DNA of 43,854 nucleotides, from NCBI GenBank assembly GCA_964449465.1, contig CAYVBK010000015.1, forward strand, positions 64,001 to 107,854, read 5' to 3'. This document shows, in pieces, positions 8,423-17,513 of the stretch. Each line of letters begins with the position of its first letter. The first letter of the stretch is position 1. Under the pieces are notes generated by a model. That model did no database searches. It worked only from the letters and a program-made list of their open reading frames with translations, and was not told the DNA's origin. Source of the stretch: an uncultured Anaerolineae bacterium. Lineage in GTDB: Bacteria > Chloroflexota > Anaerolineae > JAFGEY01. The translations under genes were made by a program, and so were the position numbers.

Positions 8423-8794
8423 ATGAGTCAAGGGGTAGCCAGAAACGAGGAATGGAATCAGGTAGCCCACGAGGTGATTGACTATTTGCGGCCATTTGCG
8501 CCAGTGATTCTGCTGGGGTTGGAGAGCGCCAGCAGACAGTTGGGCAGGCCGATTGACCGCAAAGAGTTTGTCAACGCCAAATCGGTTTACGCGATTTTAA
8601 AGACATCGTTTGAGCGCGATGAAAGCGATCAGGGGCGACAAACCCTGGAGCAGTTTATCCGCGAACCGGCCCGTCACCACGACGCGCTGGTGACGCTGGT
8701 GGCACAGCGGGCGGCCCAGTCGCCGCAAGACCTGGGCCACAAGCTGGTGGCCATCAGCAACCGCTGGCGAAGCGACAGGCGCGCCCTGCCGTGA
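8423..8794 (+). CDS. Hypothetical protein (124 aa)
   Basis: Start is ATG 8423 after GAAGGATGG. No recognisable domain. Coding-like composition. Confidence 0.45.
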   Translation: MSQGVARNEEWNQVAHEVIDYLRPFAPVILLGLESASRQLGRPIDRKEFVNAKSVYAILKTSFERDESDQGRQTLEQFIREPARHHDALVTLVAQRAAQSPQDLGHKLVAISNRWRSDRRALP

Positions 8795-8815
8795 TGGGTG
8801 GATGACAAACCCGGC

Positions 8816-9670
8816 TCAATGAGCCGGCGAGCTACTCACCGGGCAGGCAGCGATGCCCAAAAAGCCCGGCCCCACATGCGTCCCGATGACCGGCCCCACC
8901 TCGCTGATGTACAAAGAGACGCAGTTGAGCAGCAGACGAGCCTGATCGGCCAGTTCGGCCGCTTCTTGAGGGGCCTGGATGTGCGCCACAGCCACGCGAG
9001 CCGGGGCCGGCCCAATTCGCTGCACCACCTCATCTAATACCCGCTTTTTGGCCCGGGCGCTGGAACGGGCCTTGTCTAGCGGCTCGATTTTGCCCTCGTT
9101 CATGTACAAAATGGGCTTGATGTTGAGCAGCGTGCCGAGCAAACGGGTGGCGCCGTTGATCCGACCCCCCTTGTGCAAATACGCCAGATTTTCCACCATA
9201 AACACTGCTGTGCTTTGAGCGATCATGCGATCCAACAGAGCCAGCACCTGGGCGCGGCTCTGCCCGGCGGCGATGGCCTCGCCGGCCTCGATCACCATCA
9301 GCAGCAGGCCGATGGCCGAAGTGCGCGAGTCTACCACCGAAATCAGATGGGGCGCCACAGCCTGCGCCGCCGACATGGCATTGGGTATCGTGCCACTCAG
9401 CCCAGCCGAGATGTGCAGCGAAATGACCTCGTCGCCGTTGCGGGTCAACTGATCGTACAATTGCACAAACTCGCCTACGGCCGGCTGTGAGGTGGTGGGC
9501 GCCGTTTCAACGCGACCGAGCAGGTTGAAAAATTCGGCCTGGGTGATGCCGCCCATCTCGTCGTAAGCCTGATCTTCGATGATAACTTTTAGCGATACTT
9601 GATGCACATTGTATTTCCATTTAATGTCGTCCGGCAAATATGCCGTGCTGTCTGTCACCAGGTGAATCAT
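8816..9670 (-). CDS. DegV family (fatty-acid-binding) protein
   Basis: N-terminus MIHLVTDSTAYLPDDI matches the DegV start signature. GGAGGAGG lies 6 nt upstream of the start. Confidence 0.85.
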   Translation of the reverse strand: MIHLVTDSTAYLPDDIKWKYNVHQVSLKVIIEDQAYDEMGGITQAEFFNLLGRVETAPTTSQPAVGEFVQLYDQLTRNGDEVISLHISAGLSGTIPNAMSAAQAVAPHLISVVDSRTSAIGLLLMVIEAGEAIAAGQSRAQVLALLDRMIAQSTAVFMVENLAYLHKGGRINGATRLLGTLLNIKPILYMNEGKIEPLDKARSSARAKKRVLDEVVQRIGPAPARVAVAHIQAPQEAAELADQARLLLNCVSLYISEVGPVIGTHVGPGFLGIAACPVSSSPAH

Positions 9671-9774
9671 ACCAGGACCTCCTCCAAAAAATTCTGACGT
9701 AGACTGGTAAATAAAACACCACAGGTATCATTTGGTTTCTGGTTGAGACGTGTCTTGATGCGCAAGGAGATGTG

Positions 9775-10806
9775 ATGAAACAAGTCAGGTTGATTTTGGT
9801 GGGTTTGGGCAACATCGGTTGGCGATTTTTGTCCATCCTCGACCGTAAAGCAGCGCAGTTATCTGAGGGGAGTGACCTGTCGTTTAGTCTGGTAGGCGTG
9901 GCCGATAGCCGGGGAGCGGCGGTGTGCGCCGATGGGCTAGACATGGCCGCGTTGGTGCGCCTCAAGAAGGAACGGCGCAGCGCGGCCGAGATGCCGGGCG
10001 TGGGCCGGCCGGGCCTGTCGGCGGTGGAACTGGTGCGCAGCCTGGCCGCCGATGTGCTGTGTGAGGCCTCGCCGGTCAGCTTGAGCGACGGCGAGCCGGG
10101 CCTGAGTTGTATGCGGACGGCGTTGAACCGGGACATGCACGTGGTCACAACCAACAAGGGACCGCTGGTGCTGGCCTATTCCGAGCTGATCGGTCTGGCG
10201 CGGCAAAAGGGCCTGAGCCTGCGCTTTTCGGGGACGGTGGGCGGCGGATTGCCGGCGATCAATCTGGGGCAGCGTGACCTGGCCGGGGCAACCATCGAGC
10301 AGATCGAAGCCTTGCCCAACCTGACCACCAGTTTTATCCTGGCGCAGATGGCGCAAGGGTTGACCTATGACCAGGCGGTAGCGGCCGCGCAGGCGCAAGG
10401 CTGCGCCGAAGCCGATCCCTCGCTGGATGTGGAGGGGTGGGACGCCGCCAACAAGCTGGTTATTCTGGCGCAGAGCGTATTGGGCATCCCTGCCGGCCTG
10501 TCGGATGTGCAGGTGCAGGGCATCACCAAAATCACACTGGCCGACCTGGAACGGGCGCGCGCCGATGGCCGAATGATCAAGCTGGTGGCCTCGGCAGTGC
10601 GGCAGGCCGATGGCCGCTATACCCTGTCGGTGGCGCCGGTTGCGCTGCCGGGCGATCATCCGCTGGCGCAGTTGAGCGGGCAGCAAATGGGCATTGTGTA
10701 TCATACCGATATTTATGGTGTGATCAGTGCGGCGATCCAAGAGCCAGAGCCGATCCCGTCGGCGGCGGCGATGCTGCGCGATCTGTTGAGCATTTACGCC
10801 GATTGA
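9775..10806 (+). CDS. Homoserine dehydrogenase-family oxidoreductase (no ACT domain)
   Basis: Rossmann motif VGLGNIGW is present. NKGPLVLAYSELIGLARQKGLSLRFSGTVGGGLPAI matches the Hom catalytic region. AAGGAGA precedes ATG 9775. Confidence 0.7.
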   Translation: MKQVRLILVGLGNIGWRFLSILDRKAAQLSEGSDLSFSLVGVADSRGAAVCADGLDMAALVRLKKERRSAAEMPGVGRPGLSAVELVRSLAADVLCEASPVSLSDGEPGLSCMRTALNRDMHVVTTNKGPLVLAYSELIGLARQKGLSLRFSGTVGGGLPAINLGQRDLAGATIEQIEALPNLTTSFILAQMAQGLTYDQAVAAAQAQGCAEADPSLDVEGWDAANKLVILAQSVLGIPAGLSDVQVQGITKITLADLERARADGRMIKLVASAVRQADGRYTLSVAPVALPGDHPLAQLSGQQMGIVYHTDIYGVISAAIQEPEPIPSAAAMLRDLLSIYAD

Positions 10807-10839
10807 GCCGGTCGAAATCGGCGGATGGAAAGGTAAACG

Positions 10840-11751
10840 GTGAACGACGCCGATATCTGGTTTGATGAACGGTTTTTGCGCAAAATCGAGCGATTGTCGC
10901 TAGTGGTGCATCAGCGGCGGGCCGGGCAGATCAAGGGCGAGCGACGTTCGACCCTGCGCGGCGCTTCGGTCGAGTTTGCCGATTATCGCGATTATGTCAA
11001 GGGTGATGATCTGCGGCGGGTGGACTGGAATATCTATGCCCGGCTGGAGCGGCCTTTTATCAAGCTGTTTGAAGAAGAGCAAGACCTGACCGTGCATGTG
11101 TTGCTGGATGCCAGCCGTTCGATGAATTGGGGCGGATCGGGCCAGGACGATCCGCTCAACAAGTGGGTCTATGCCCGACGGACGGCGGCGGCGCTGGGTT
11201 ATATGGCCTTGAGCAGTGGGGATCGGCTGCGGCTGGCCATACTCAACGAGGCGCGCAAGGGGTTTGGGCCGGCGCGAGGCAAGGGTCAGATACTGCCGCT
11301 GCTGCGCTTTTTGTCCGATCAGCCGGCCGCCGGCGTGACGAATTTGAACACGGCATTGCGCAACGATGCTTTGCGCGCCTCGACGGCAGGACGGGCCGGC
11401 CTGGTGATTTTGATCAGCGACATGTTTTCGCCGCAGGGCTATCAAGATGGCCTGAGCGCGCTGCTGTCACGCGGTCACGAGGGGATTTTGCTGCACATCC
11501 TGTCGCCCGAAGAGGCCGATCCGCCGTTGAGTGGCGACTTGAAGCTGGTAGATGTCGAATCGGGGCATATCCAGGAAGTGACCATTGATGCGGTGATGCA
11601 GCAGTTGTACCGCCGCCGCCTGACCGCCTGGCAGGACGAGATCGGCCGATGGTGCGGGCAGCGCGGCGTGGCCTATGTCCCGATCAATACAGCGCAGCCT
11701 TTTGACGAGTTGATTCTGGCGCACCTCCGCTCCAGGGGGCTGGTCAAATAG
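10840..11751 (+). CDS. DUF58 domain protein (VWA-like, normally MoxR-associated)
   Basis: GASVEFADYRDYVKGDDLRRVDWNIYARLERPFIK...VHVLLDASRSMNWG is the canonical DUF58 core. Start is GTG after GGAAAGG. Confidence 0.8.
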   Translation: MNDADIWFDERFLRKIERLSLVVHQRRAGQIKGERRSTLRGASVEFADYRDYVKGDDLRRVDWNIYARLERPFIKLFEEEQDLTVHVLLDASRSMNWGGSGQDDPLNKWVYARRTAAALGYMALSSGDRLRLAILNEARKGFGPARGKGQILPLLRFLSDQPAAGVTNLNTALRNDALRASTAGRAGLVILISDMFSPQGYQDGLSALLSRGHEGILLHILSPEEADPPLSGDLKLVDVESGHIQEVTIDAVMQQLYRRRLTAWQDEIGRWCGQRGVAYVPINTAQPFDELILAHLRSRGLVK

Positions 11752-11760
11752 GCGGCGCGA

Positions 11761-12420
11761 TCAAGCTGGCGGCTCGAATTTGAGGCCATGCCCGCGCACG
11801 GCAAAAATGTAGCGATAGGTGGAGTCTATTTCCATCAGCCGGCCGCGCAGACGACGGATCAGCGAGTCGAGGGCATCGGCACTGACACCAGAGGGGTCCT
11901 CGTCGGGCCAGGCCAGGGCAATCAGCTCGTCGGACGTAAATACTCGCCCCGGCGACCGGATCATCGCTTCCAACAGGGCAAATTGGGCGGTAGACAGCGG
12001 CGGGTCTAGCTCGACACCGGTCACCCAAACCCGGCGGGCCTGATGGTCAATTTGTACACCCGTTTTGTGCTGCAAGACCGGGGCAGTGGCTTCGCTGTCT
12101 ACAAAGGTAAGTTGAAAGCGCGGGGCAATCTGGATGGTGTCGCCGTCTTGCAACTGCACGGCCTCCGTCACCGGGCTGCCGTTGACAAACAGGCCGTTCT
12201 TGCTGCCCAAGTCGCTCAAGATGTAATGACCTTTTTCCCAGGTAATTTGGGCATGATGGCGCGAAATCCAACGGTCCGAGATGACAATATCATTGTCGGC
12301 CTCACGACCGATGGTGATGGGGCTATGGCCCAACGGCCAGTGCGGTCCGGGTTGACCTTCTTGTACCAGAATCAAGATCGCTTCGCTCGGTGGCGGAGAT
12401 TTTGGATCGTCTTGTTTCAT
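11761..12420 (-). CDS. FHA domain fused to OmpR/PhoB-type winged-helix DNA-binding domain
   Basis: N-terminal FHA (ITIGREADNDIVISDRWISRHHAQI...SKNGLFVNG). C-terminal trans_reg_C (LSTAQFALLEAMIRSPGRVFTSDELIALAWP...). GAGGAGA lies 4 nt upstream. Confidence 0.8.
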   Translation of the reverse strand: MKQDDPKSPPPSEAILILVQEGQPGPHWPLGHSPITIGREADNDIVISDRWISRHHAQITWEKGHYILSDLGSKNGLFVNGSPVTEAVQLQDGDTIQIAPRFQLTFVDSEATAPVLQHKTGVQIDHQARRVWVTGVELDPPLSTAQFALLEAMIRSPGRVFTSDELIALAWPDEDPSGVSADALDSLIRRLRGRLMEIDSTYRYIFAVRGHGLKFEPPA

Positions 12421-12486
12421 ATTGTCTCCTCAATAGTCGGATTTCTTGCAGAGGTTTTTTTGTTTATCGAACTGCCTGTTGACACA

Positions 12487-13449
12487 ATGTTGCATGAACG
12501 CTATCAGGTAATATCGCTGATCGGGCGGGGCGGCATGGGGGCGGTTTATTTGACCCAAGACACCCGTTTGCCGGGCCGCCGTTGCGCCGTCAAAGAGATT
12601 GTTTTACCCGAAGGCATATCGCCGCAGGCCGAGGCGCAGGCACGGCAGCAGTTTCACCGCGAAGCCAATACCCTGGCCTGCCTCAGCCACCCCAACCTGC
12701 CGCAGGTCTCTGATTTTTTCTCAGAGGGTGAGCGCGATTACCTGGTGATGGATTATGTGCCAGGCAGCGACCTGCTGCACATTGTCCGTGAGGCGCGGCG
12801 CAAAGGTCGTTTTTTGCCTGAAGCGCAGGTGTTGGGTTGGGTGGAGCAGTTGTGCGACGCCCTGGCTTTTTTGCATCGCCAGGACCCGCCCATTTTGCAC
12901 CGCGACATCAAGCCCGAAAATATCAAGTTAACCCCCGAAGGCGACATCAAGCTGGTAGATTTTGGGCTGTCCAGGCCGCTGGATCCAGAGAGCAGCAGCA
13001 CGCTGACCGGTCTGCGTGGCATGGGGTCGCTGCCCTATACCCCGCTGGAGCAGTATGGCGATTCGGCCGACCATACCGACATGCGCTCAGACCTGTACGC
13101 GCTGGGCGCCACCCTGTACCATTTGCTCACCGGCACCCCGCCGCCCAGCGCCCAAGAAGTGTTTCTCAAGCCCGACAGCCTGGTGCTGCCCCGCCAACTC
13201 AACCCCGACATTTCGTCGGCTGTTCAAGACACCATTTTGGCAGCCATGTCGCCGCACCCGGCCGGACGGCCCGCTTCGGTAGAGGTGTGGCAACGGTTGC
13301 TGCGCTCCTCAACGCCTGCTGCTTTGCCTGCCGGCTCCCCAATCGCCCGGCAGCAAGTCTGGCAAGAAATCTGGCAGGAGAACGGGTGGCTGATCGGCAT
13401 CGCCGCGCTGCTGACCGCCCTGGTGTTGTATTGGACACTGGCGCATTGA
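12487..13449 (+). CDS. Ser/Thr protein kinase (Hanks-type) with C-terminal TM anchor
   Basis: GRGGMGAVYL...AVK, HRDIKPENIKL and DFGLS motifs are all present. C-terminal hydrophobic helix is WLIGIAALLTALVLYW. Start chosen at ATG 12487 (MLHERYQVISL). The ORF-track N-extension to 12043 is antisense overlap with the FHA gene. Confidence 0.8.
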   Translation: MLHERYQVISLIGRGGMGAVYLTQDTRLPGRRCAVKEIVLPEGISPQAEAQARQQFHREANTLACLSHPNLPQVSDFFSEGERDYLVMDYVPGSDLLHIVREARRKGRFLPEAQVLGWVEQLCDALAFLHRQDPPILHRDIKPENIKLTPEGDIKLVDFGLSRPLDPESSSTLTGLRGMGSLPYTPLEQYGDSADHTDMRSDLYALGATLYHLLTGTPPPSAQEVFLKPDSLVLPRQLNPDISSAVQDTILAAMSPHPAGRPASVEVWQRLLRSSTPAALPAGSPIARQQVWQEIWQENGWLIGIAALLTALVLYWTLAH

Positions 13450-13474
13450 TCGCCGCATCGAGGCCGGCACCAGG

Positions 13475-15943
13475 CTAATCAGGGCGAATGGGCAGCCAAA
13501 CTTCAAATACGGTGCCCTGGCCTTCCTGGCTTTCCACATGAATACGGCCGCGATGACGCTCGATAGTGCGAAAGCAGTTGAACAGCCCCAATCCGGTGCC
13601 GCGCCCCGGCTCTTTGGTGGTGAAAAACGGATCAAAAATCCGCCGCATGTTGTCCGGCGAAATTCCCATGCCATCGTCCGAGATGCGCACCCACACAGCC
13701 TCGCCCTCGCACCCCGACGAGATGTCAATATGCCCGCTGTTGCCGGCGTCCTGGATGGCATCGTGGGCATTGAGCAGCAGGTTGAACCAGATCATGCGCA
13801 AATGGTCGGGGCTGGCCCAGATCGGCGACAGGCCGGCTTGCAGATGGAGGCCCATTTCGATATTGGCTTTGTTCATCTGCGAACGAACCAGTGAGACAAC
13901 GTCCTGGAGTGAGAGATTCAGGTCGGTGGGCATAAATTCAAACTGCTCGGCGCGCGAAAAGCGCAGCAGGTTTTGCACGATTTTAGAGGCGCGTTCGGCA
14001 GCGCGATGGATCAACTCGACCGACTCGTAGCTAGGGTGCGAAGGGGGAATCTCTTCGCGCAAAATCTGAATGTTGGTCGAGATCACGGTCATGGGGTTGT
14101 TGATCTCGTGGGCAATGCCCGTGACCAACTGACCGATGGCAGCCAGTTTTTCCGATTGCAGCAGTGAGGCCTCCAGTCGCTGCTGTTCGGTGACATCGCG
14201 CACCACCACCACCACGTGATTGACCTCTCCGTCTTCGCCAACCACCGGGTAGGTATGCACATTCCACTCGGTCCAGGCGCGCCCCTCGCCTTGCTGACGT
14301 TCGGTGCAAGAAACCGGCTTGCCACTTTTGAGCGTTTCTTCGATGCAATGGATCAACTGCTGTCCTTGCGGAAAGGCTTCCTGGGCCGGGCGGCCCACCA
14401 ACTCGCTGTACTTGCGCTCCACCCGCCCGGCCTGGGTGCGGTTGATGGCCAGGATTTTTTGCCGGCGATCAATGATGTAAATGCCGTCCAAAATACTGTC
14501 AAAGACGGCCAGCAGGGTGCTGCGACTCTCCGAAATGGTGCGCTGAGTGTTTTCTACCTGCTCAAAAAGCCGCGCGTTTTCAATGGCCATAGCAATCTGC
14601 TGGCCGGCGATTTGCAGCATGCGGCCATTTTCGCGGCCGAACGCATCGGGCAGGCTGCTGCCCAAAACGAGGACACCGATGAGCTGCGGCCCCAGGTAGA
14701 GCGGTACGCCCAGCCACGAGCATAGGAGTGGGTATACCGGATCGAGCGACCCCGAGATCACATCGCGCTGCATCCACACCGACTGTGGGCCAACCTGACA
14801 CACAAATTCTCGACCCGGCAAGGGCTGTTGGCCTTGTTGAAAGGTCTCGCCGATCAGGCTGAACACCATCTCGATGTTTTGGTCGTCGTCGAGCAGGCAG
14901 ATCTCGGCGGCCGACACTGGCGGCAAAGAACTGTCGCCGGAGCAGATGCACAGCAAGATGCTTTGCACCGACTCTTTGAGGTTGAGGCTTTGCTTGGAAG
15001 CCTGGCCGATGCGGTTCAAAAAGGCCAGCTCATCGGCGCGGCGGGCCAGCGAGTACAGCCGCGCATTTTCCAGCACCACAGCCGTCTGGCCGGCCAATGA
15101 TTCCAGAAAAGGCAGGTTGTCTTGACCCAACGGAGCGTCTTGCTGCCAGTTAGCTACCCATAGCCCGACGATGCGGTCGTGCGCTTGCAAAGGAAAAACC
15201 AGGTCACAGGCGGGAATGATGGTTGAGGGGGTGTCGGGTGAGCGCACAAAGGGCCGGCGGCCGCCCTGGGTCAACGCCCAAAACGGGCTGGCCTGCACGG
15301 CCTCGCGACGCCCATCGAGCGGCGGACCGCGAAAGGCGATCTGGTCACGGTCAATCACCCCGAAACTGAGTGAGGCAAAGTGAAATGCCCGACACACCTG
15401 CGGAATGGCAATGTCAATCAGGCGATCCACGTCCAGAATTTCGGTGATCTGGCGGGCGATGGCATTGACCTGACGGAGTTGCTCGGTTTTGCGCTGCTCT
15501 TCACGATGTAGCGTGTCGAGAATCAGGTTTTTGTCGCGCAGAGAGGCGATCAATTGTTTGTTTTGCAGCAGCAATTCACGGTGCGACATAGCCCGCCGCA
15601 TGGTCAGGGTCAGGTCATTCAGATCAAGCGGCTTGGTTAAAAAGTCATAGACACCCCGCCGCATACCCGAAATGGTCATATCAATGGTCGCAAAGGCCGT
15701 CATCAATACAAACAGGGTGTCGGGATGGTGGCGGGTGATCTCTTCAAGGACCTGCCAACCGTCTACAAGGGGCATTTTCAAATCGCACAAGACCAGCGCA
15801 AACGAGTCGGCGCGCAATTTGAGGATGGCCTCTTCGCCGCCGCCGGCTTCTTCAACAGCATAGCCTAGCTTGTGCAAAAAGCGGCTGACCAGCCAGAGGA
15901 TCTGCGGTTCGTCGTCAACCACCAGCACCCTGTCTGTGCTCAT
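13475..15943 (-). CDS. Hybrid sensor histidine kinase (REC-GAF-GAF-PAS-HisKA-HATPase)
   Basis: N-terminal receiver (VLVVDDEP...LCDLKMP). H-box IAHEINNPMTVI. G-boxes ISDDGMGI and GTGLGL. AGGAAGGG precedes the start. Confidence 0.85.
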   Translation of the reverse strand: MSTDRVLVVDDEPQILWLVSRFLHKLGYAVEEAGGGEEAILKLRADSFALVLCDLKMPLVDGWQVLEEITRHHPDTLFVLMTAFATIDMTISGMRRGVYDFLTKPLDLNDLTLTMRRAMSHRELLLQNKQLIASLRDKNLILDTLHREEQRKTEQLRQVNAIARQITEILDVDRLIDIAIPQVCRAFHFASLSFGVIDRDQIAFRGPPLDGRREAVQASPFWALTQGGRRPFVRSPDTPSTIIPACDLVFPLQAHDRIVGLWVANWQQDAPLGQDNLPFLESLAGQTAVVLENARLYSLARRADELAFLNRIGQASKQSLNLKESVQSILLCICSGDSSLPPVSAAEICLLDDDQNIEMVFSLIGETFQQGQQPLPGREFVCQVGPQSVWMQRDVISGSLDPVYPLLCSWLGVPLYLGPQLIGVLVLGSSLPDAFGRENGRMLQIAGQQIAMAIENARLFEQVENTQRTISESRSTLLAVFDSILDGIYIIDRRQKILAINRTQAGRVERKYSELVGRPAQEAFPQGQQLIHCIEETLKSGKPVSCTERQQGEGRAWTEWNVHTYPVVGEDGEVNHVVVVVRDVTEQQRLEASLLQSEKLAAIGQLVTGIAHEINNPMTVISTNIQILREEIPPSHPSYESVELIHRAAERASKIVQNLLRFSRAEQFEFMPTDLNLSLQDVVSLVRSQMNKANIEMGLHLQAGLSPIWASPDHLRMIWFNLLLNAHDAIQDAGNSGHIDISSGCEGEAVWVRISDDGMGISPDNMRRIFDPFFTTKEPGRGTGLGLFNCFRTIERHRGRIHVESQEGQGTVFEVWLPIRPD

Positions 15944-15958
15944 AGGCGGCCCTTCCTG

Positions 15959-16651
15959 CTATCCATAGAACACATACCCGTGACGCGGCACCGTCTGCAA
16001 GTGGATGGGTTTTTTGGGATCGGGTTCGATCTTGTCGCGCAGGTTTTTAATGTGCGCCCGCACCAGATCGCTGCTGCCGGTGTGGTTGGGAAAGTTCCAC
16101 ACCTCGCGCAGCAGCCGCTCGCTGGAAAAAATCTGCCCGGCATGCGCCATCAAATAATGCAACAGTTCAAACTCGGTGGGAGTGAGCAGCACTGTGCCGG
16201 CATGGGTCTGCACGCTGAACGACTGAATGTCCAGGGTGATTTCTCCGACGGTGAGCCGGTCGGTGGGGACGACAGGCAGGGTGGTGCTGCGGCGCAAGAC
16301 GGCCTGCACGCGCAAGATCAATTCTTCCAGGTTGAAAGGCTTGGTCAGATAATCATCGCCGCCGGCGCGAAACCCCTCGATGCGATCATCATCCTGACCT
16401 CGCGCCGTCAAAAAGATGATCGGCATAGCGGCGGTAGCCGGGTTTTCGCGAATGTGCCGGCATACCTCAAAACCGTTCATGCCCGGCATGATCACGTCCA
16501 GCACGATCAAGCTGGGGTGGTAATGTTGGAGCATCTTGATCGCCTCGGCGCCATTGTAGGCCAGTTGAGATTGAAAACCTTTGCGCCGCAAAGCCAGCTT
16601 GATCGTCTGAGCCACATCACGGTCGTCATCTACCACCAAAATCTCACTCAT
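15959..16651 (-). CDS. OmpR/PhoB-family response regulator
   Basis: REC domain (ILVVDDDRD...LDVIMPGMNGFEV) plus C-terminal winged helix (LTPTEFELLHYL...VPRHGYVF). Confidence 0.9.
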   Translation of the reverse strand: MSEILVVDDDRDVAQTIKLALRRKGFQSQLAYNGAEAIKMLQHYHPSLIVLDVIMPGMNGFEVCRHIRENPATAAMPIIFLTARGQDDDRIEGFRAGGDDYLTKPFNLEELILRVQAVLRRSTTLPVVPTDRLTVGEITLDIQSFSVQTHAGTVLLTPTEFELLHYLMAHAGQIFSSERLLREVWNFPNHTGSSDLVRAHIKNLRDKIEPDPKKPIHLQTVPRHGYVFYG

Positions 16652-17168
16652 GGCTCAATTCCTCGTCGGTATAGACTCGCCAAAAGGGCATTTCCTCGTC
16701 CCAGCCGGACAAAAATTCGGGGTTGGGTTTGACCACCAGAGATTGACATTCGGCCAGCAGGGTAGAGGGATCATCCGTCGGGCCATCCAGCCGCAGTTCG
16801 CCGCACACCCGCGAGCGGCTGGGGCCAAACTGCTCCACCCAGCCGACGGCCAGCAGAGGGGTTTGGGTGGGCGTGGGGCGACGGTAACGCAGCTCCATTT
16901 TGGCAGTGGCGAAAAAGGCATTGTCGTCATGGGTGTGCATCATGATGGCGCGGCCAGAGGTCTCGTCGAGAATGGTGGCCACGATGCCGCCATGCACCAC
17001 GCCCGGATAGCTGCGATAGCCTTCTGGCACGGCGAGGCGGGCATAGACGCGCCCGCTGGCGGAGTCTTCTTCAAAGACCATGTGCAGGCCGATGGGGTTG
17101 TGCAGGCCGCAGATAAAACAGCCGCCCGAATTGGGCTGGCGTCGTTTGGTGAGGAGTATATCGTTCAA
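16644..17168 (-). CDS. PaaI/4HBT-family hotdog thioesterase
   Basis: CFICGLHNPIGL...VVHGGIVATILDETSG. Start trimmed to TTG 17168 (preceded by AAGGAA), because the upstream extension runs into MITE copy B. Overlaps the RR gene by 8 nt. Confidence 0.65.
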   Translation of the reverse strand: MNDILLTKRRQPNSGGCFICGLHNPIGLHMVFEEDSASGRVYARLAVPEGYRSYPGVVHGGIVATILDETSGRAIMMHTHDDNAFFATAKMELRYRRPTPTQTPLLAVGWVEQFGPSRSRVCGELRLDGPTDDPSTLLAECQSLVVKPNPEFLSGWDEEMPFWRVYTDEELSHE

Positions 17169-17211
17169 TGTGCATTCCTTGTGATGATCAAACCGAAAAC
17201 GTAATCCGGCG

Positions 17212-17349
17212 CTAGGAGCGTGCTGAAAAACCCGCTCACCACCAAGACACAAAGAGCACAAAGCATTTTTAGCGACTCAAAAGTATCGTAAACCTTTGTG
17301 TTCTCGGTGTCCTTTGTGGTAAAAATAGACTTTTTCAGCGGTCTCCTAG
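17212..17349 (-). repeat. MITE-like palindromic dispersed repeat, copy B (reverse orientation)
   Basis: ctaggagcgtgctgaaaaa...tttttcagcggtctcctag. About 90% identical to the reverse complement of copy C. Sits in the divergent promoter region between the thioesterase and aspartate aminotransferase genes. Confidence 0.8.
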
Positions 17350-17513
17350 TGTATGTCGAACCGGTTGTGCTGTCAAGTTGGGTTGCCGGTTTGCTCAAAC
17401 CATGATAAACTGAACATGCTCTCATCGGCGCGGGCATCCTGCTCGCCGCACCGATGGTGGTGGGCGACGCGCTGGAGGCAGATATCCCAACCCTTATTCA
17501 ATCGGAGGAAAAA

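Noticed and set aside
12043-12486. N-terminal extension of the kinase ORF. The same applies to track extensions 32466..32597 (URO-D-family), 17454..17513 (aminotransferase), 38280..38465 (ABC ATPase), 17169..17261 (thioesterase), 3349..3405 (hydrolase-cNMP) and 7154..7198 (SEC-C).
   Set aside because: The extensions overlap neighbouring genes or MITEs and lack an RBS. Internal starts have SD sequences and homologue-like N-termini.
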